Source of the DNA: Dicyema japonicum
Lineage: Eukaryota > Animalia > Dicyemida
Assembly (NCBI GenBank): GCA_011109175.1
Contig: RDEW01000020.1
Coordinates: forward strand, 738,514-802,513
DNA: 64,000 nt
Direction of reading: 5' to 3'
The notes beneath the pieces were generated by a model that did not search any database, had not been told where the DNA came from, and worked only from the letters and a program-made list of their open reading frames with translations. Positions within the stretch are counted from its first letter, which is position 1; every line of letters starts with the position of its first letter. A program made the translations under genes and the position numbers. Of this stretch, positions 34,130 through 47,490 are shown one piece after another.

Positions 34130-36985
34130 TCGACTAGTAAAATAATCTTGATAAAAGAATCTCAAGTCTTCACAAAAATCCAATCTAATGGATTGGAGGA
34201 GACTCAATGAATTTTTCCAGTTCTAAGGGTCGTGAGCCTTGTCACTCTCGTCAAACAAATAAAATGGCGGAGAACATATTTAAATGTTAAAGCTACCAAA
34301 GACTCTGACCCCCACTCAGTTGGTTCACATCTCACAATTCCATTCCATCTCTTCCAAAAGAAACCTTAAATAATCAAATCCCCCCAACTTGTATTCCAAC
34401 GCTTATAAAGTCATTCTGCGAATTGTCGTAAAATTGAGTATTCAAAGTAGAAGACTACAGTAAGTTTACAATTCATTGAGTCTCCTCCAATCCATTATAT
34501 TTCTCACGATGAGGACATCACTACCACAAGGAACATGTGCTTTGAAGATCTCTGAAATTTTGGGAAACTTGTCCAAATTTTTGATTGTGAGCTTCATATT
34601 AGTTGGCATCTTGATTGATCATGGTCTCCATTATGGACTGCGAGTACTAAACCAATACCTTCTGGGACTCCTTCACATTACGCTGTCTCAAAAGCAAGTC
34701 CTCATGAACAGCAGTAATGTCAGAGAACTGATCCTTTTATTCAGATGATTGTATTGCTTCAGTTTGACGTTGCAGTCATCCAATACCTTGCAAAACTGGT
34801 GGAGACTCTGACCACTATATTTCTCAACTTCCTCGAATGAGAATGTACCCAACTTTCTAACCTTTCCTAAACAGTCCTCTTTCGAGCAATTAATGTAAAG
34901 GGACTATTTCAAGCAGCATTTTCTCTTGATTAATATCCCCTCCGACGATTTACCAACTTTGTTAATCTTGTTCCACAATTCTGTCTCTGACCTACAATCA
35001 ATATTCCCCGAGACCCTGGCTCTGTTAAATTCTTCTCGAGATTTCATCAAAGTCAGAATCTCTATTTTCTGATCCATTTGAGTGATATTTTTGTTTTTCA
35101 GTCAGATGGCTTCCAATTGGGCCTTTTTAACCATCAGATTATTTTGCAAATGTGATTCCAATCCATTCTTCTCAATATCCAACTACAAAAGTCTCCAAAT
35201 AAACTACTTCCATCCTATCCTACATGAAGACTTTATTCTCCTCGGAAGTATCACGCAAAACATTATTAACTCACTCAATCTCGCTAACATAGGTTGCAGT
35301 CAACTGTGACAATTAGGAACTCCCAATCTCAGAGGTGAGAATCTCAATCCTGTTTGTCACAGGTTGGTGATCCCTCATAGCAGATTCCACAAGTTGAATC
35401 TATTAGAGAAAATATAAAAACATTTGACGCAGAGAAAGTGGAAGGAAACTCATCAGCAGAAGAGTCAACTCGGAGTTCATTTTTCAAGAACATTCCTGAC
35501 TTTAATAAACATAAAATTTGCATTTAGAATTTTGCATAACAAATCCGTAATTCACCAAAACATATATTGAAATCATTTTCAGTCCCTGTAAGCTTGTTGT
35601 TAACTGAACACTTTTGTCTTGCATTTCTTTAAATTTAGTCCGAGCTGTCATTGTTCAGAGCATTCTTGAGTAATAAAGTCCCCTATAATGAGTCTTCTTG
35701 ACCTAATTTGGGGTCCTTCAAGTCATCCAGTTAAGAAACTATCACAAGTCAAACATTCATAACCCATCGAGTTGGCAACTATGCGAACAACCCAGGCTAA
35801 TTTGGCGGCTTAATTCGTTCAAAATTTGAGTGGCCACTTGATCAGACTCGATAATAAAGTAAAAGAGACTAATACTAACTCAAAATTAAACCTTGACCCA
35901 GCAGTGACCTCTACCACTGTGTACAAACTTTCTGAGCAATCAATATTATCGATAACAGAAATCCTCCGATCCAACCTGCTCCACCACCTTTACAACACTG
36001 TCGATTCCAGCCAAAATGATCTAAATTAGTAAAAAGACAACATTCCCATGTTTTTATAAACTACTCCGTTCTGTAATAGTCTAATCTTATTTCGTTTCAA
36101 CTCCCTAAATTTTGATTCCCCACTTTCTATCAGACTTCTATGGAACAGTATATTCTTTTCGGTCTACTATTTTTAGTTCCAACTCTACTCGTTCGGAGGA
36201 ATCTAACAGAATTTCCCGCTCTATATCCGATACCTACTTCAATTTATCCTCCTCAATCTTTATGAGTTGACACAACTCCCGGTCAATCCACAAATCTTAT
36301 TCTTCAACAGTGGGAATCTCTTTAGCTCTCCTTCCATGACATACAACTCTTTTATTTGAGCTTCAGCCTTATCGTGTCTGCACTAAATCACAATTTTACC
36401 TCAACCAAAGGTTTACCTCCTTCCAACATAAGCCTTAAAATATTGGAAGAATCTTTGTAAGGTTTTCTTCAATAGTCTTTATATCCACGGAAATCTGTTT
36501 CTGATTCCCCATAAGGTTGCATCTTAGTTCCCCTTCTAACCTCATCTCTTCCTCAAGGTCTGCTAATTATAATTCCATTTTAGCCCTTGCACGAGTTCTC
36601 TCTGAATTCTCCATCGTGATAATGCACCTTTCCTCCCTCAAAAGGAATATTTCTGGGTCAGTTTCTTTCACATCTCTAGGAGAAATCTGAGATTAAGCAG
36701 TAAATTATAATAACAGATTCAACGGCTTGTATTCTAATTTACAGTTTCTGATGCTCAACAGCCAATTATCTGCGTTTCTGATTGAGTTTTTCATGTTTTC
36801 TATCATTCTCGTTGGCATCTCCCGTGAAGATAACGTATTCCAGGGATCTCCGTAGTCTGTCATATTTTATAAATTTCCCGCAAGTCTTCTTTATCAATCT
36901 CCAGCAGATTTACTCCACGTTGAACCTCATCTAAGAGTTCATTAACTTTTTTCGCTCTTCCACTAAAATAGAAACAAAGGTTACA
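34130..36985 (-). pseudogene. SMC3: Cohesin subunit SMC3 pseudogene, unprocessed and 5'-truncated
   Basis: KVNELLDEVQRGVNLLEIDKEDL..KYDRLRRSLEYVIF; hinge VVEVTAGSR|LFYFIIESDQVATQIL and IVANSMGYECLT; ABC signature LSGGQ (34319-34305); Walker B PFYLFDE (34264-34247). Dozens of stops and frameshifts; 22-nt intron remnant at 36963-36984. Confidence 0.88.
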
Positions 36986-37424
36986 TGCTTCTTTTATCTA
37001 AGACTCGCTCTCCGTCCGATTATTGACGAAAACGTTGGTCCCAGCAATTTCCATTAAAATCTTCAATCCCCGGAATTAGGAGAGGTGGCAATTTATCTAG
37101 TCATATTACTTACTCTCTACCTTTCCCTGTTTGGCAATGTAGTAACGATTACATCAAGAAAAGTCCGCGCTTTCAAAAAGGCCGATGATGTCAATTTACT
37201 TTGATCTAAGAGAAATTAAGTACGAAATGTGTTTCTTGTAAAGAAAAATATCCTGCTTAGAAGAGATACCCCTCCGTATAATAACCTCGTTTTTCTCGAT
37301 CTATGGAATTAATAGGGAAATTTACTGGAATTATGTTGTCTGAGTTGTCGAAAAACACCTCTACATAGGCAGAAAGCTATCTGTCTCCGCTGCCTCGTGG
37401 ATCATATTAAGCCGTTGACCCGAT

Positions 37425-39150
37425 TTGGGGGAACCAAAACTGAAATGCCGAAATGTCTGTAAGTATCCTATTTCCACATTGAGGAAAATTGTACCGGCCA
37501 AGTCATCTGAGAGGTGTTCATCTTGTCGACTATTCAGAACTCGGAAGCGTGGGATCTTCTGCTCTGCTTGTGAAGATTTCTTTTACCTCGGGTGTATCAA
37601 GATATCCCAAGTCGCAGCGAGTGGGCTTGGATTATGGTACTGCCAGTCATACCTCGGCCTATACAAGGAGGTTCCCCGTTCCCGCGTCACTGTGAACTAT
37701 CCCGTAAATTATCCATCAACCGCAGAAACATTCTTACGCCTCATCTCTAAGTTAAATTAATCACGGACTATCCATGTGAAGATCTCCAAGGCGTACGACC
37801 TGTCGCTGTTGAGGGCCTTTTCCAAAAAAGATCGAAGATTCCTCCGGACTGACGCATTACAGGATTGGGTGTGCCTATTCAGTTTTGCGTCTTCCGCACT
37901 AGGACTTGACCGAGATGATCACGGAAAGGAGTTCATCACTATCACTATGAAGACAAACATTCGTTCCTTTTGGAAAAACCCACCATGAGAAAACCGACTC
38001 CCGACGCCTACAATATTTTACTGATCAAACATCTTCTGCCACCCAACTATTTACGTCCAGTCGCTCCCCCATTTGGAGTGAGTCGTTTGACTGCATCAAA
38101 CAATGAAATTCTCCTCTCAATACGGAATTTTTGCCCAAGTAGCAGTTGCGGGATCGACGGAATGAGACCTGACCATCTGAAAGATCTAACCTCTTTATCA
38201 ATAGGAGACCAGGGACTTTGTCTTACGAATTCAATTACTTCACTTATGAACCGGATCCTGTCTGGAGTACATTCGAAGTTATCCGCTATGTCCTGTTTCC
38301 GCCAATTTGATAGCCTTCAATAAGAAGGGCGGCGGTCCGGTTCGTCTTCAGAAGGCTGGTTGCTCAGATTGCCTCCAAACATTCTATTCCACTCGTCACA
38401 CAATTCTTGAACCCACCTCAAGTATGCGTCGGTGTTCGCCTGGGATGCGTTGCCGCAGTCCATTCAGTGAGAGCATTCATAAACCGCAGCATAGAAGATT
38501 CCCGGAGGCATGTCCTGCTCAAACTGGACATCAAGAACGCCTTCAGTAGTCTAAGGAGAGAGAATATCTTGGAGGCGTGCATTGAGAGATACCCCAATAT
38601 TTTCGAATTTGTGAAATCAGTCATACAGCCTACCTTATCCTTACTATTCAGGGACAACTTAATCTCTTCGTATTCCAGAGTGCAACATGGAGATCCCCTT
38701 AAACCTCTATTGTTTTGTCTTGCAGTAGAGAAAATCACCAAACCTCCGCGCTCGCTCCTCAAGCTATGGTATCTAGATGATGCGGTCCTCGAAGGACTCC
38801 CAGATGCTTTCCAGGAGTTGGAGGTGATAATTCCAGCATTCGAATTAAATTAAATGCAAAATATAAAATTGTGGACTTTAAACAGCGTTGACACTCGATG
38901 AAGACCTTATATTCCTCGGATCCCCTATCACCATGCATACAATGGGAAAATCTATACGTGAAAAACGACTGCTACTCGGAGAGACTCTGAACCATTTGTG
39001 TCTACTTGACGTGCATACGTAATTATTCTTCCTGAAAAAGTCTCAATGTACAGAGGCATACCATCCTCCCCTATATTAACCTATCCGAAACTACCCATGG
39101 AAAAAAATATTTAGAAAATGCGACCTCAGAATCTTGGATCACTCATTCTG
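37425..39150 (+). mobile_element. CRE-like non-LTR retrotransposon with an N-terminal PHD-type finger and RT, degraded
   Basis: CSSC...IFCSACEDFFYLGC...LWYC at 37510-37630; SSCGIDGMRPDHLKDL; LLKLDIKNAFSSL; VQHGDPLKPLLFCL; WYLDD. Confidence 0.8.
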
Positions 39151-39759
39151 ACCTACTTATCTCCCCCTCTTTGATAGATATCTTCTTGGGCTTCCTGAAC
39201 TATTCTAAACGACGGTGCGCTTACATTGTTGTCAATGTTGATGGAATTAAAGTCTTCAAAACACTTGTCTCTCAAAAAAGAATTATCTTACTTGGAATAA
39301 ATCATCAAAATTTAGGGTTGATAAAGGCCGGGATCTGCAAATTATTATATTTGAGAAAGGAATCGCCGAGGATCAATTTACTCCTTAAAATGAATAAGGA
39401 TATTGAAATACAGTGGGGTAAAGATTGTCTTCATTACTGGTGGAGTTGAATCCATTTAAAAAATTATTCATGACCATTCAATTCGACCCCAATGGGGAGA
39501 TGTCTGATATTGGTTTCTTCACTCAGCAATCGCAGATAGGGATTTGAGAGTCTTAAGTTACATAATGGTTAGTGAAATTTGAGTAACTAACTAATCATGG
39601 ACTTAATGTTAAACCTGCAATTTTAGTCAATCAAGTGTAATATATTTCAAAAATTGATTTATTGGTTTTCAGGATTATTAACATAATTTGTTTCTCGTTT
39701 CTTTTCCCAGATATATTAAATATTGATAACAGGAAAGGTCAAAATCCTATTTAGGAAAC

Positions 39760-40070
39760 TGAAGAAATACTCCGTCCTTAGAGATTATTTACGATTCAAC
39801 TCAGCTGAATCCAATATGACCAAAACAATCTCTCGATCACATGACTACCAATAAGGGCAATCTCATTTGAGGTCCTTGTGAGGAATTCCGCCGGCATATT
39901 CACCCAAAATGGAAAACTGCCCGAAGAACGATATTATCGAAAATTAGTCGGTTCCCGAGAGCAACACCGGAAAAGTTGAGAATATTGCTGAGAGAAGCCG
40001 GGATCACCTGATGGTATTTTCTTTTCAATTAGTTTACCTGGTGATTTTTGGCTTATTAATAATAATAATT
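39760..40070 (+). mobile_element. Family A LINE 3' end
   Basis: LREAGIT*; ccgggatcacc...ggtgatttttgg followed by (TAA)n. Confidence 0.7.
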
Positions 40071-40437
40071 CATCCCTATCACTTTCAAAACTTCTAAACG
40101 GTTTGAAGAATTATTTATAGTAAAATAAAATTAATTTATTGATTTAAAAAAAGAAGAATTAGTTTAAATAAGAATTTGATGCTAGTCTGGGGTGAGTTAT
40201 TACTCGGAGTCCAATCTACAAAGAGATAAGAGCAAAAAAAACTCCGTTTGTCTCTGATGGCGAGTAGGTCAAGACTGAGACTTACTTGCTCGATACCAAG
40301 GAAGTTATTGGTCTTACACAAATCGAAGACTCAGCGACCTAGAAAAGTATCGAGGTGGAGGCGAAAACAGAGTACGGAGCATATCTTCTCAGACTAGACT
40401 TCCACCAGTTCTCCTTTGACAAGGAAATCAGAAAATC

Positions 40438-40680
40438 TCAGTGAATAAGAAAACTGTTTGAAACCCCTAAATTCTTGAGACATTCTACATCCACGTGATA
40501 TTTACAATTCCTGACAACAGCGGTTGTGGGATAGACATTTTCCTCAAAGTTATCGATATGTTTCATCCTAATATGTCTTTTGATAGCTGAGATTCCCAGG
40601 CGAGTGACAGAAACCTTGATACCCTGTATGGGGGTATCTCCTTTGCAATGGTGGCACATTCTATTTACTCGCCTTCTAAT
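40438..40680 (-). mobile_element. BED zinc-finger transposase fragment (hAT-like)
   Basis: CHHCK...GISAIKRHIRMKH. Confidence 0.55.
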
Positions 40681-40811
40681 GTCCTTGTCAACTCCTTTTT
40701 ATGTTTGTAACTAAGCAATCATGTCCTTGTCAAAGTCTGTACATTCGAGCAATCAAAGTCAGACTATACTGAGAGCTGATAGCCCTGTAATGATCCACGA
40801 ATGTCGAAAAT

Positions 40812-41103
40812 ATGCCACGTCGAGGATTACAGGCTTCCGCTTTAGAAGCGAGGTGAATCAAGTTCCATTTTCATCGCACCTCCTACCGTCGCGGATATCA
40901 CTTCATTCTTGGGTGAAAGAGTTTTCATAATGTAATCGTCACCAGAGGATTTGGTAAAGGAGAAGGTAGGGAGATCCCTTTCAACAACTTTGTAGTGTCA
41001 TAAGGACTAGTCGTCCCAAGAGACAAGAATTGACCTTTACTGAAAAGTTCATCTTTCGGATTAGACCCCACGACTGTCAGATCCGATGTCATCAGACGTT
41101 AAG
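40812..41103 (-). mobile_element. tRNA-like SINE, copy 3
   Basis: aacgtctgatgacatcggatct...gtgatatccgcgacggtagga...cggaagcctgtaat is shared with 6598-6898. Confidence 0.75.
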
Positions 41104-41305
41104 TTCACCCAGAAGGTAACTCCAGTGGTCAATGATGATTATTATTTATTTAACATCCCAATACCACGGTAAAACCAAACTAATTACCACACGATCCAGA
41201 TGCGTTCCATCAGTGACCCAATCGTTGCCCGGTGTTCCTCCCTCGTGCGACGCATGATCGTAGTGGACGACTTGGATCATAAGTTCCAGGATTTTACATT
41301 TGAGT

Positions 41306-41760
41306 GTTAGCTATTCTGTGGACATGAGCGTCCACAGCTATTCCCTCTGACCTGTTCCACGCTAGATTCATCACCAGATTTGCAATTTTGGTCCCACACC
41401 TCCGGTTATAAGTTACTCATCGGGAAGTTTACAAAGTTCACTGACCTGGGGATATCTCCATCCAGTTAAGCTTTTTTCTAAAAATTAAGTAAATAACTGC
41501 CTTTTCAAACACAACTAGGTGAATAAATTCCTTAGTTAATTTGGCAAAATTTTCTGGATTACAAAGGCGAGTGTGCTTTTTCAATCTGCTCTCATAGCTT
41601 GGGGTGTAATCTCGTCCTTTGTTTGGCTGGATAGCATGGCTCCAATATGTGTTTGAAACGAAAGTCAGAAGAAGAGAAAGATTCATAGGTCAGCATATGA
41701 CAACCATTAAATCAACGGAGGTTGATTTGTCCCTGCGCATTCTCTAGATTCAATGAAACT
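41306..41760 (-). pseudogene. NTHL1: Endonuclease III-like DNA glycosylase (NTHL1) pseudogene, 3'-truncated
   Basis: MRRDKSTSVDLM; AMLSSQTKDEITPQAM; DGDIPRS; [32 protein letters not shown]. Stops and frameshifts are present; the Fe-S C-terminus is replaced by a family A 3' end (41145-41290). Confidence 0.85.
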
Positions 41761-41867
41761 GCTGTAACCAGAAATCCATTAACATGAAATAATTTTTATT
41801 AATAATTTAAATAGAAATTATTGTTTACCTGGAATGCAAAGATCTCTTGAATCCACGTGGTTTCAAT

Positions 41868-42180
41868 GTTAGTGTTGTGTTATGTGGATACTTGAATTGA
41901 AGATTATTGTCTGTTTCTTTTGTTCCTCCTCTTCCCCTTTGCCTTCAGGGAGATTGAATTGTTATCGTGCGTCATGTGTTTCATCATCTCTGGTGGCGCC
42001 AGATATAATCCTAAATTATATCCAAAAAGGACCATTAGTCAACATCTATCCACAGGAGTTCCCCATGGACAACACTTCCTTCAAGTCCGAGCGTGCAAGG
42101 ACTGCTGAGGGAGGCCTGAATCATTTGAATTTTTTTCATTCTGGCTATGAATGTGTTTTTCTGGTTCAATAAATTTAATT
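41868..42180 (+). mobile_element. Short non-autonomous derivative of the family A LINE
   Basis: gtgttatgtgg head, CT-rich leader, gcgtcatgtg...ggtggcgcc...aaaaggaccatt, weak terminal hairpin and aataaa tail. Confidence 0.6.
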
Positions 42181-42419
42181 GAAGATGCCATGGCTTGACG
42201 AGTGACGCCGTCATCAATCAACATTTCACTGCGGAACCGGATCCTCTACAAAAGGACTCACATACAACATAAAGAAAATAGAAGTGAAGAGCATTCCTTG
42301 GTTCTCCCACATCGATTAGTTGTGATAACTGTTTTTTTACTCAAAATAAAGTGTGTGTCCTGCCTGAGAGGAGCTATAGCTAACACTCTTCATAAAATGC
42401 AGTATTATTAATTGAAAAT

Positions 42420-43110
42420 GCCACAATGAGTTGAGAAACTGCACTGAGATTTCCGAAAACCTTAAGAAAATAAAGTCAGGTACCTAAAGTTAATAAAAAT
42501 GGAAAATTTTAGAAAACTTTATAGAGGAACTGAAAAAAAGATTTTAGTACGCTTGAAGTCGCAGTACAGCAAGAAAAACTACAAAGATGACAGTAGAATC
42601 TCCGAAGAGTAACGACACCTTGCATTTGCAGGAGAGATAAAGAGACTGAAAAAATAATATCAGAGTTTATGAAAGCAGGAGAAAGCGAATTGCAGAACAA
42701 AATGAAATAATAGCTCACTTAAAAGACAAAATAAAAAAACTCAGAGCAAGAGTTCAATGGAAGGATCATTTTGTATGCCGGTTACCATTAGTCTCTGAGT
42801 AAAGTGGATCCAATGATACCACCAGTGGAAAGGAAGAGAAGTCTTCAATCAAGTAGCCACGTGGCACTACACGGTCGTATAATTAAAATTAATAGACTTA
42901 AAAGCGAATATCCAGAAGATTCTAGAAAAATCAATCATTGATGCAGATTCTGGTTTTGATGGCCTGTCATTTATGCAAATTCTGGTTCATATATTTTTAT
43001 ATGTGGAATCAGCTAAAAGCATTGACCTAAAAAGAAGGCTTCGTTTTGAAAGACGACAAGCTCTATTGGAAAGACGACAATCCTCAGAGTCACTGAATAT
43101 TCGAACTGCT
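42420..43110 (+). pseudogene. Decayed coiled-coil protein gene with mini-intron remnants
   Basis: K/E/Q-rich frames broken by stops; intron-like gtaacgacaccttgcatttgcag (23 nt), gtatgccggttaccattag (19) and gttcatatatttttatatgtggaatcag (28). Confidence 0.35.
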
Positions 43111-43257
43111 CAACCAAACTGTTATTATAAGTTTATCTTAAATGATTGACTAAAAACGATAGAAAAAGCACATCCGAAAGGCTGTGTGTTCGTACACTTA
43201 GACACCTCACTCATCCAAAGGTAAATTAATAAACTTCTAAGAGATATCCAGATAGAG

Positions 43258-43272
43258 CAGTGGTTCCCAACC
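43258..43272 (+). mobile_element. Solo hAT-type left TIR
   Basis: CAGTGGTTCCCAACC. Confidence 0.4.
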
Positions 43273-44074
43273 CAGGTTACGCAGACCTTACTTAGGGTTT
43301 GGCAATTAAATAAAATAAAAAAATTTAATAAAAAAAATAGCAAGTTATATAATATAGGCTCTGTCGCGTTGTAGAGTAATCCAAGTGAAAAACAATTATT
43401 TCATAGAGGAGAAAATATAGTGAAAGTTATTTTTCATGGATTTGCAAAAAAACGTAACAGATATTCAGAAATTAAATGATCGCTAAAAATGGAAAAAAAA
43501 TTAGATGGAACTCGGTGATTTCGAAGAATTTAAGTTGGTCGGCGGTAACGATTAAAGATATAAACATTACACAAGACACTGTGAAAAAAAGTGTTGAAAA
43601 CCCATTCCTATGGAGACGTTAATGATGTCCTGGACTCTAAAAATTATCAATCGACGATTAAAACCTCATTTTATTAGAATTCTATAGCGAAAATAATAAT
43701 TTCTGAGTAAATTCATTGATATTTCAAAATAGCGATAGAAAGGAATTGGGGAATAAGCATTGAAAAATCAAATAGTTGAGAATAATCCATATTAATTGGT
43801 TATCAAAATAGATATATATTAGACATTTTGATAATAGCCTTCAACACTATTTGATGAATCAATTATATACATAATATCTAAAAATATATGACAGAAAAAT
43901 GGAAAAAAAGTATAACAAAATAAGCCCGCGACACGAGACGTGTAAAAAGACGCCAAATAATGTAATATTTTATTTAAAGGTTTGCCATATTGTAAAATAA
44001 TTTAAAAGAAATAAAATAAATAATTTAATAAATTTATCTATAATTGAAGCATGGTGAATTTCGTGTGGATCACC

Positions 44075-44400
44075 GCGTGTCGCCATGTGGTGCTATGTGG
44101 ACAATTGGTTGAAGTTTTCTGTTTGTTTTGTCTGTTCTTCCTCTTTCTCTTTCTACTAGAATGGCCTCATGTGATCCACCTGTCTCAGGTGGTGCCCAGC
44201 TCCAGGATGGTACGAAAAAGAATCATTTGCTCTGCCCTCTCCACTGGAACGGCTTCCACAACTCAATTAATGGATGTCTTTGACCTTTTATGCAGGTTCC
44301 GGGTGGACTCTGTGTCTGTAGCTATGGAAACTGCATACACTAAACTACTTGTTTACTTTTAACTTCTTTCTTGTGTATCCGGGGTTAATAAATAATAAAT
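44075..44400 (+). mobile_element. Short non-autonomous derivative of the family A LINE (~325 bp)
   Basis: Aligns end to end with 50068-50400 (-). Head gtcgccatgtggtgctatgtgg; mini-ORF MASCDPPVSGGAQ...; hairpin gcatacac/gtgtatcc and tail. Confidence 0.85.
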
Positions 44401-44404
44401 AGTT

Positions 44405-44950
44405 GACTTTCAGGTAGAAACTGAACGAATACTCACCAGAAAAAGTGTAGTTGTCGTTTCCCGAGAGACACACTGGAAAAGTTTAGGTCGATACTGAAGG
44501 AGGTTGAGATCACCCCCTTGACATTCACTTCTGTGTATGTAGTGAGGTGAAAAAAGCGTTTGATTCTGTTGATCATAGCTACCTGATCTAATAGTTCGTG
44601 CCTTTGTGTGGTTCATTCAGTTTGTTGAAATAGTATGTCGCCGCTGATCCTTATGTTCTGCCTCGATCCGTTGAGCAGATTCATCAACTCCCAATTCAAA
44701 CAGGTACACATCATTTGGGAGGAGGTTTGTTGTAGTATGAATCACCTTATATTTATTGATGACATAAAACTTTGCTCTCCGTCATTTGAAAATCTCTGGT
44801 TTTTGGGTGAAAGTGTTGTGGATTTTGGGAGAAATCGGTTTGGAAATTAATTTTTCAAAGTCAGCACCAATTCTCTTGTGGCAACTAGGAGATTTGGTCT
44901 CTATTTACTACGTGTTGAATTCGGTCGAGAGTTGTCTGCAGTAACACACC
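44405..44950 (+). mobile_element. R4/Dong-like RT core fragment
   Basis: SPLILMFCLDPLSRFIN...MNHLIFIDDIKL. Confidence 0.75.
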
Positions 44951-46099
44951 TGATCGAGCGCATCCTCTTTAATATCTGGTGGTTGTGTCTAGTCTGTCTG
45001 ACAGGAAATGTGTAATAATAAATATACAGAAAGCCCGAGACAAAGCAATGATGACCCTTATAATACTGCACTTTATATTAGCTATAGCTCCTCCCAGTGA
45101 GGACAAACACTTTATTTAAGTAAAGAACATTTATCATAACTAATCGATAATGTAAAAATATATTCCAATTAAGCAAATCCTCGGCTCTTTTGATTACACA
45201 CGTGGAAGAGAATTCTACGGCAAAGACGGTTTTTCCGGCACTGGAAAATATAGTTGTTGAATTTTCTGCTGGGCGAGAATACGCCACAAACAGGAAAATA
45301 ACCTTCGAAATGCTCCAGTGAGTTGTCCTCACTAATTAGACAAAAATTGAATTGGCATACTTAGTACCTGTGGCAAATATCGAATAGTTGTTGTCCTGTG
45401 AAACTTGTGAACATATCCTATTATAGTTTAAATTGATCTTTGTGGTTCGAGAATTTTATTTGATGCCATTGAATAAAAATTCTTTAACAGTGAGCATATG
45501 ATCTTATTTTCTATGTAGCGAGTATAAATCTCACAGTTTCTAGACGTTTCTAGGAAGATTTTGAAATAAACACAGGACTCTAAGAAAAAAACCAAAATTT
45601 CCCGCTTTATTAATAATTTAATTTTTTTCAGGTCATCTATAGAATTACTTAAAATTTTACTAAAATAAAATTAATTAATAAAAATTTTATTTTTTCGTAA
45701 TTCTAATATATTTTTTGGTTGAGGTGGTGACGACGTCTCGTCTGTTTGTATTCCTTAGTTCATTCTGAACTTTTAATTGCAAATGACTTTAACAACCTTA
45801 CAAGAAACACCAACAAAGTACAACATCTCTGTCTGCTCTCTACAAGAGACAAAAACGACCATACAATGTACATAACTGTTTGGCATATTCCACCTTTTTA
45901 CCCTCTCATCGGCCTGCCGACATTGTGCTCTCGGATTAGCAGTCCACAGGACCTGAATCACTGTGTTAAAAGAGTGTGGGCATCATCTGACGTGTCGCAC
46001 TGCTACAAATTAAATGCGGAAGTAAAATCAACTCAGTCATTTCCATTGTAAATGTATATACCCCAACCGGAGTGCTAGTCTTAACAAATATCGAAGAGC

Positions 46100-46720
46100 T
46101 GAACTTGTTTTAATGTATTCTCACGAGTGTATACAACTCGCTTCCGTCCGCTTACCTTATTGTCGCCGGAATTTGAACATCAGGACTGGAAAAGCATTGG
46201 ATCCTACGGAAGAAATTTTCGCAACCTTCCCGGAGAGTCACTGATACAATTTTTCACGGCGTTCAACCAAAGTTAATCCAATAATTGCTTTAAGCACTCA
46301 GCAAGACACAAGACCACTTGGATTGGCACTGAAAAGACAATTCTGGAAACACAATCCGAATATACAACCATATCGACTATATTATCTGCAAGCAACATCA
46401 GAAGGCCTTCATGCAAAATTCGAGGTCATATGGCGGACTTGAATCTAGCAGCGATCAAAACTTGACCTATGAAGATCTCTAATGCAAATCTTGATACTAA
46501 ATGAAAATCCGGGGTGCTGTCAAATGACATTTTCAAATCAAGATGGAGCCTTTTTGGCCTCGTATTACTTCTAAATGACAAGGTCCCCGCAAATGTCGCA
46601 ATGAACAACTACTTCGCACACACAGGAGCCGCATTCCGTGAAAGCCAGAACGACACTTCTGATTTTCTTAAATGAAAGGCCCATCGGCGGACGACCTAAG
46701 AGAACTAGCTCGCAAAGAAG
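46100..46720 (+). mobile_element. RTE-like APE endonuclease fragment
   Basis: SARHKTTWIG...NHIDYIICK...SRSYGGLESSSDQNL. Confidence 0.65.
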
Positions 46721-47149
46721 ATCATGGTCGAGGCTAACAGAGAAGATGATCTGGAATACGGCACAAGGGAGATTTAATTAATTTTATGTTTTCTCGGAAG
46801 TGCTTTTTTAAATAATAAAATATATTTTGATAATTTTTTATTTAATTAAGTATATCTTACTGACATCGAATCCTTCAATCCTAGTGGCTACTAGATTAGA
46901 CTGAAGATTCTTTTCTAAACTCTTTGTCCGTTCAATTATCATGGTTTCATGTGATCACCATTGCTAGGATGGAACCAAAAATATTATTTATTAACCCCCT
47001 ATTCAACTGAATTATTTCTAGTAGTTCCCACAACTGTGGTTTTGGAGAGATTCTAGTGTCTTGGGAAACTTATCTCTGTGACTGCTATCACGGGAACTGG
47101 ATACATTCAATTATTTTTTAACTTTTAGCTTTTCGGTGTATCCATGGAT

Positions 47150-47490
47150 AATAAAATTGAACAAATCCAGCCAACATTTGTCTACGTAGCCGTCTCGTGG
47201 TCAACAATTATTGCCTGCTCATTCTCAGACAAGCTATCGGCCTTGCGTGAAGCCACCAACAGAGTAATTTATATGGATTTTAGTTTCCGTCGAGTGTTGA
47301 GGGAGAATCATGTCCACGTTAGGTCGATTAACAAAGGAAGGCTGTGCATGATTAGTTCATCGTCAGATCTCAGTCTACGTAATGTAGTCCACATGTGCGA
47401 CAAGCTAATGCTGATAAATATTGAGTTTGAGGCAACACAACCCGATGGGAAAATGGTATTCTTGAAGAGTCAAGACAAGGCCACTTAAGT
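47150..47490 (-). mobile_element. Possible Penelope-like RT fragment
   Basis: Minus-strand YVD and LPLL.D-like remnants; the plus-strand ORF 47144-47488 is probably its antisense. Confidence 0.35.

Noticed and set aside
34130-36985. Possible ciliate-type code (TAA/TAG = Gln) suggested by in-frame stops at plausible Gln positions
   Set aside because: TGA stops and frameshifts are also present. The intact genes end in TAA and contain no internal TAA/TAG, so this is pseudogene decay.
44075-44160. HDV-like ribozyme at the 5' end of the short derivatives, as expected for Ingi-type elements
   Set aside because: I could not build the P1/P1.1/P2/P3/P4 double pseudoknot by eye; a descriptor search would be needed.
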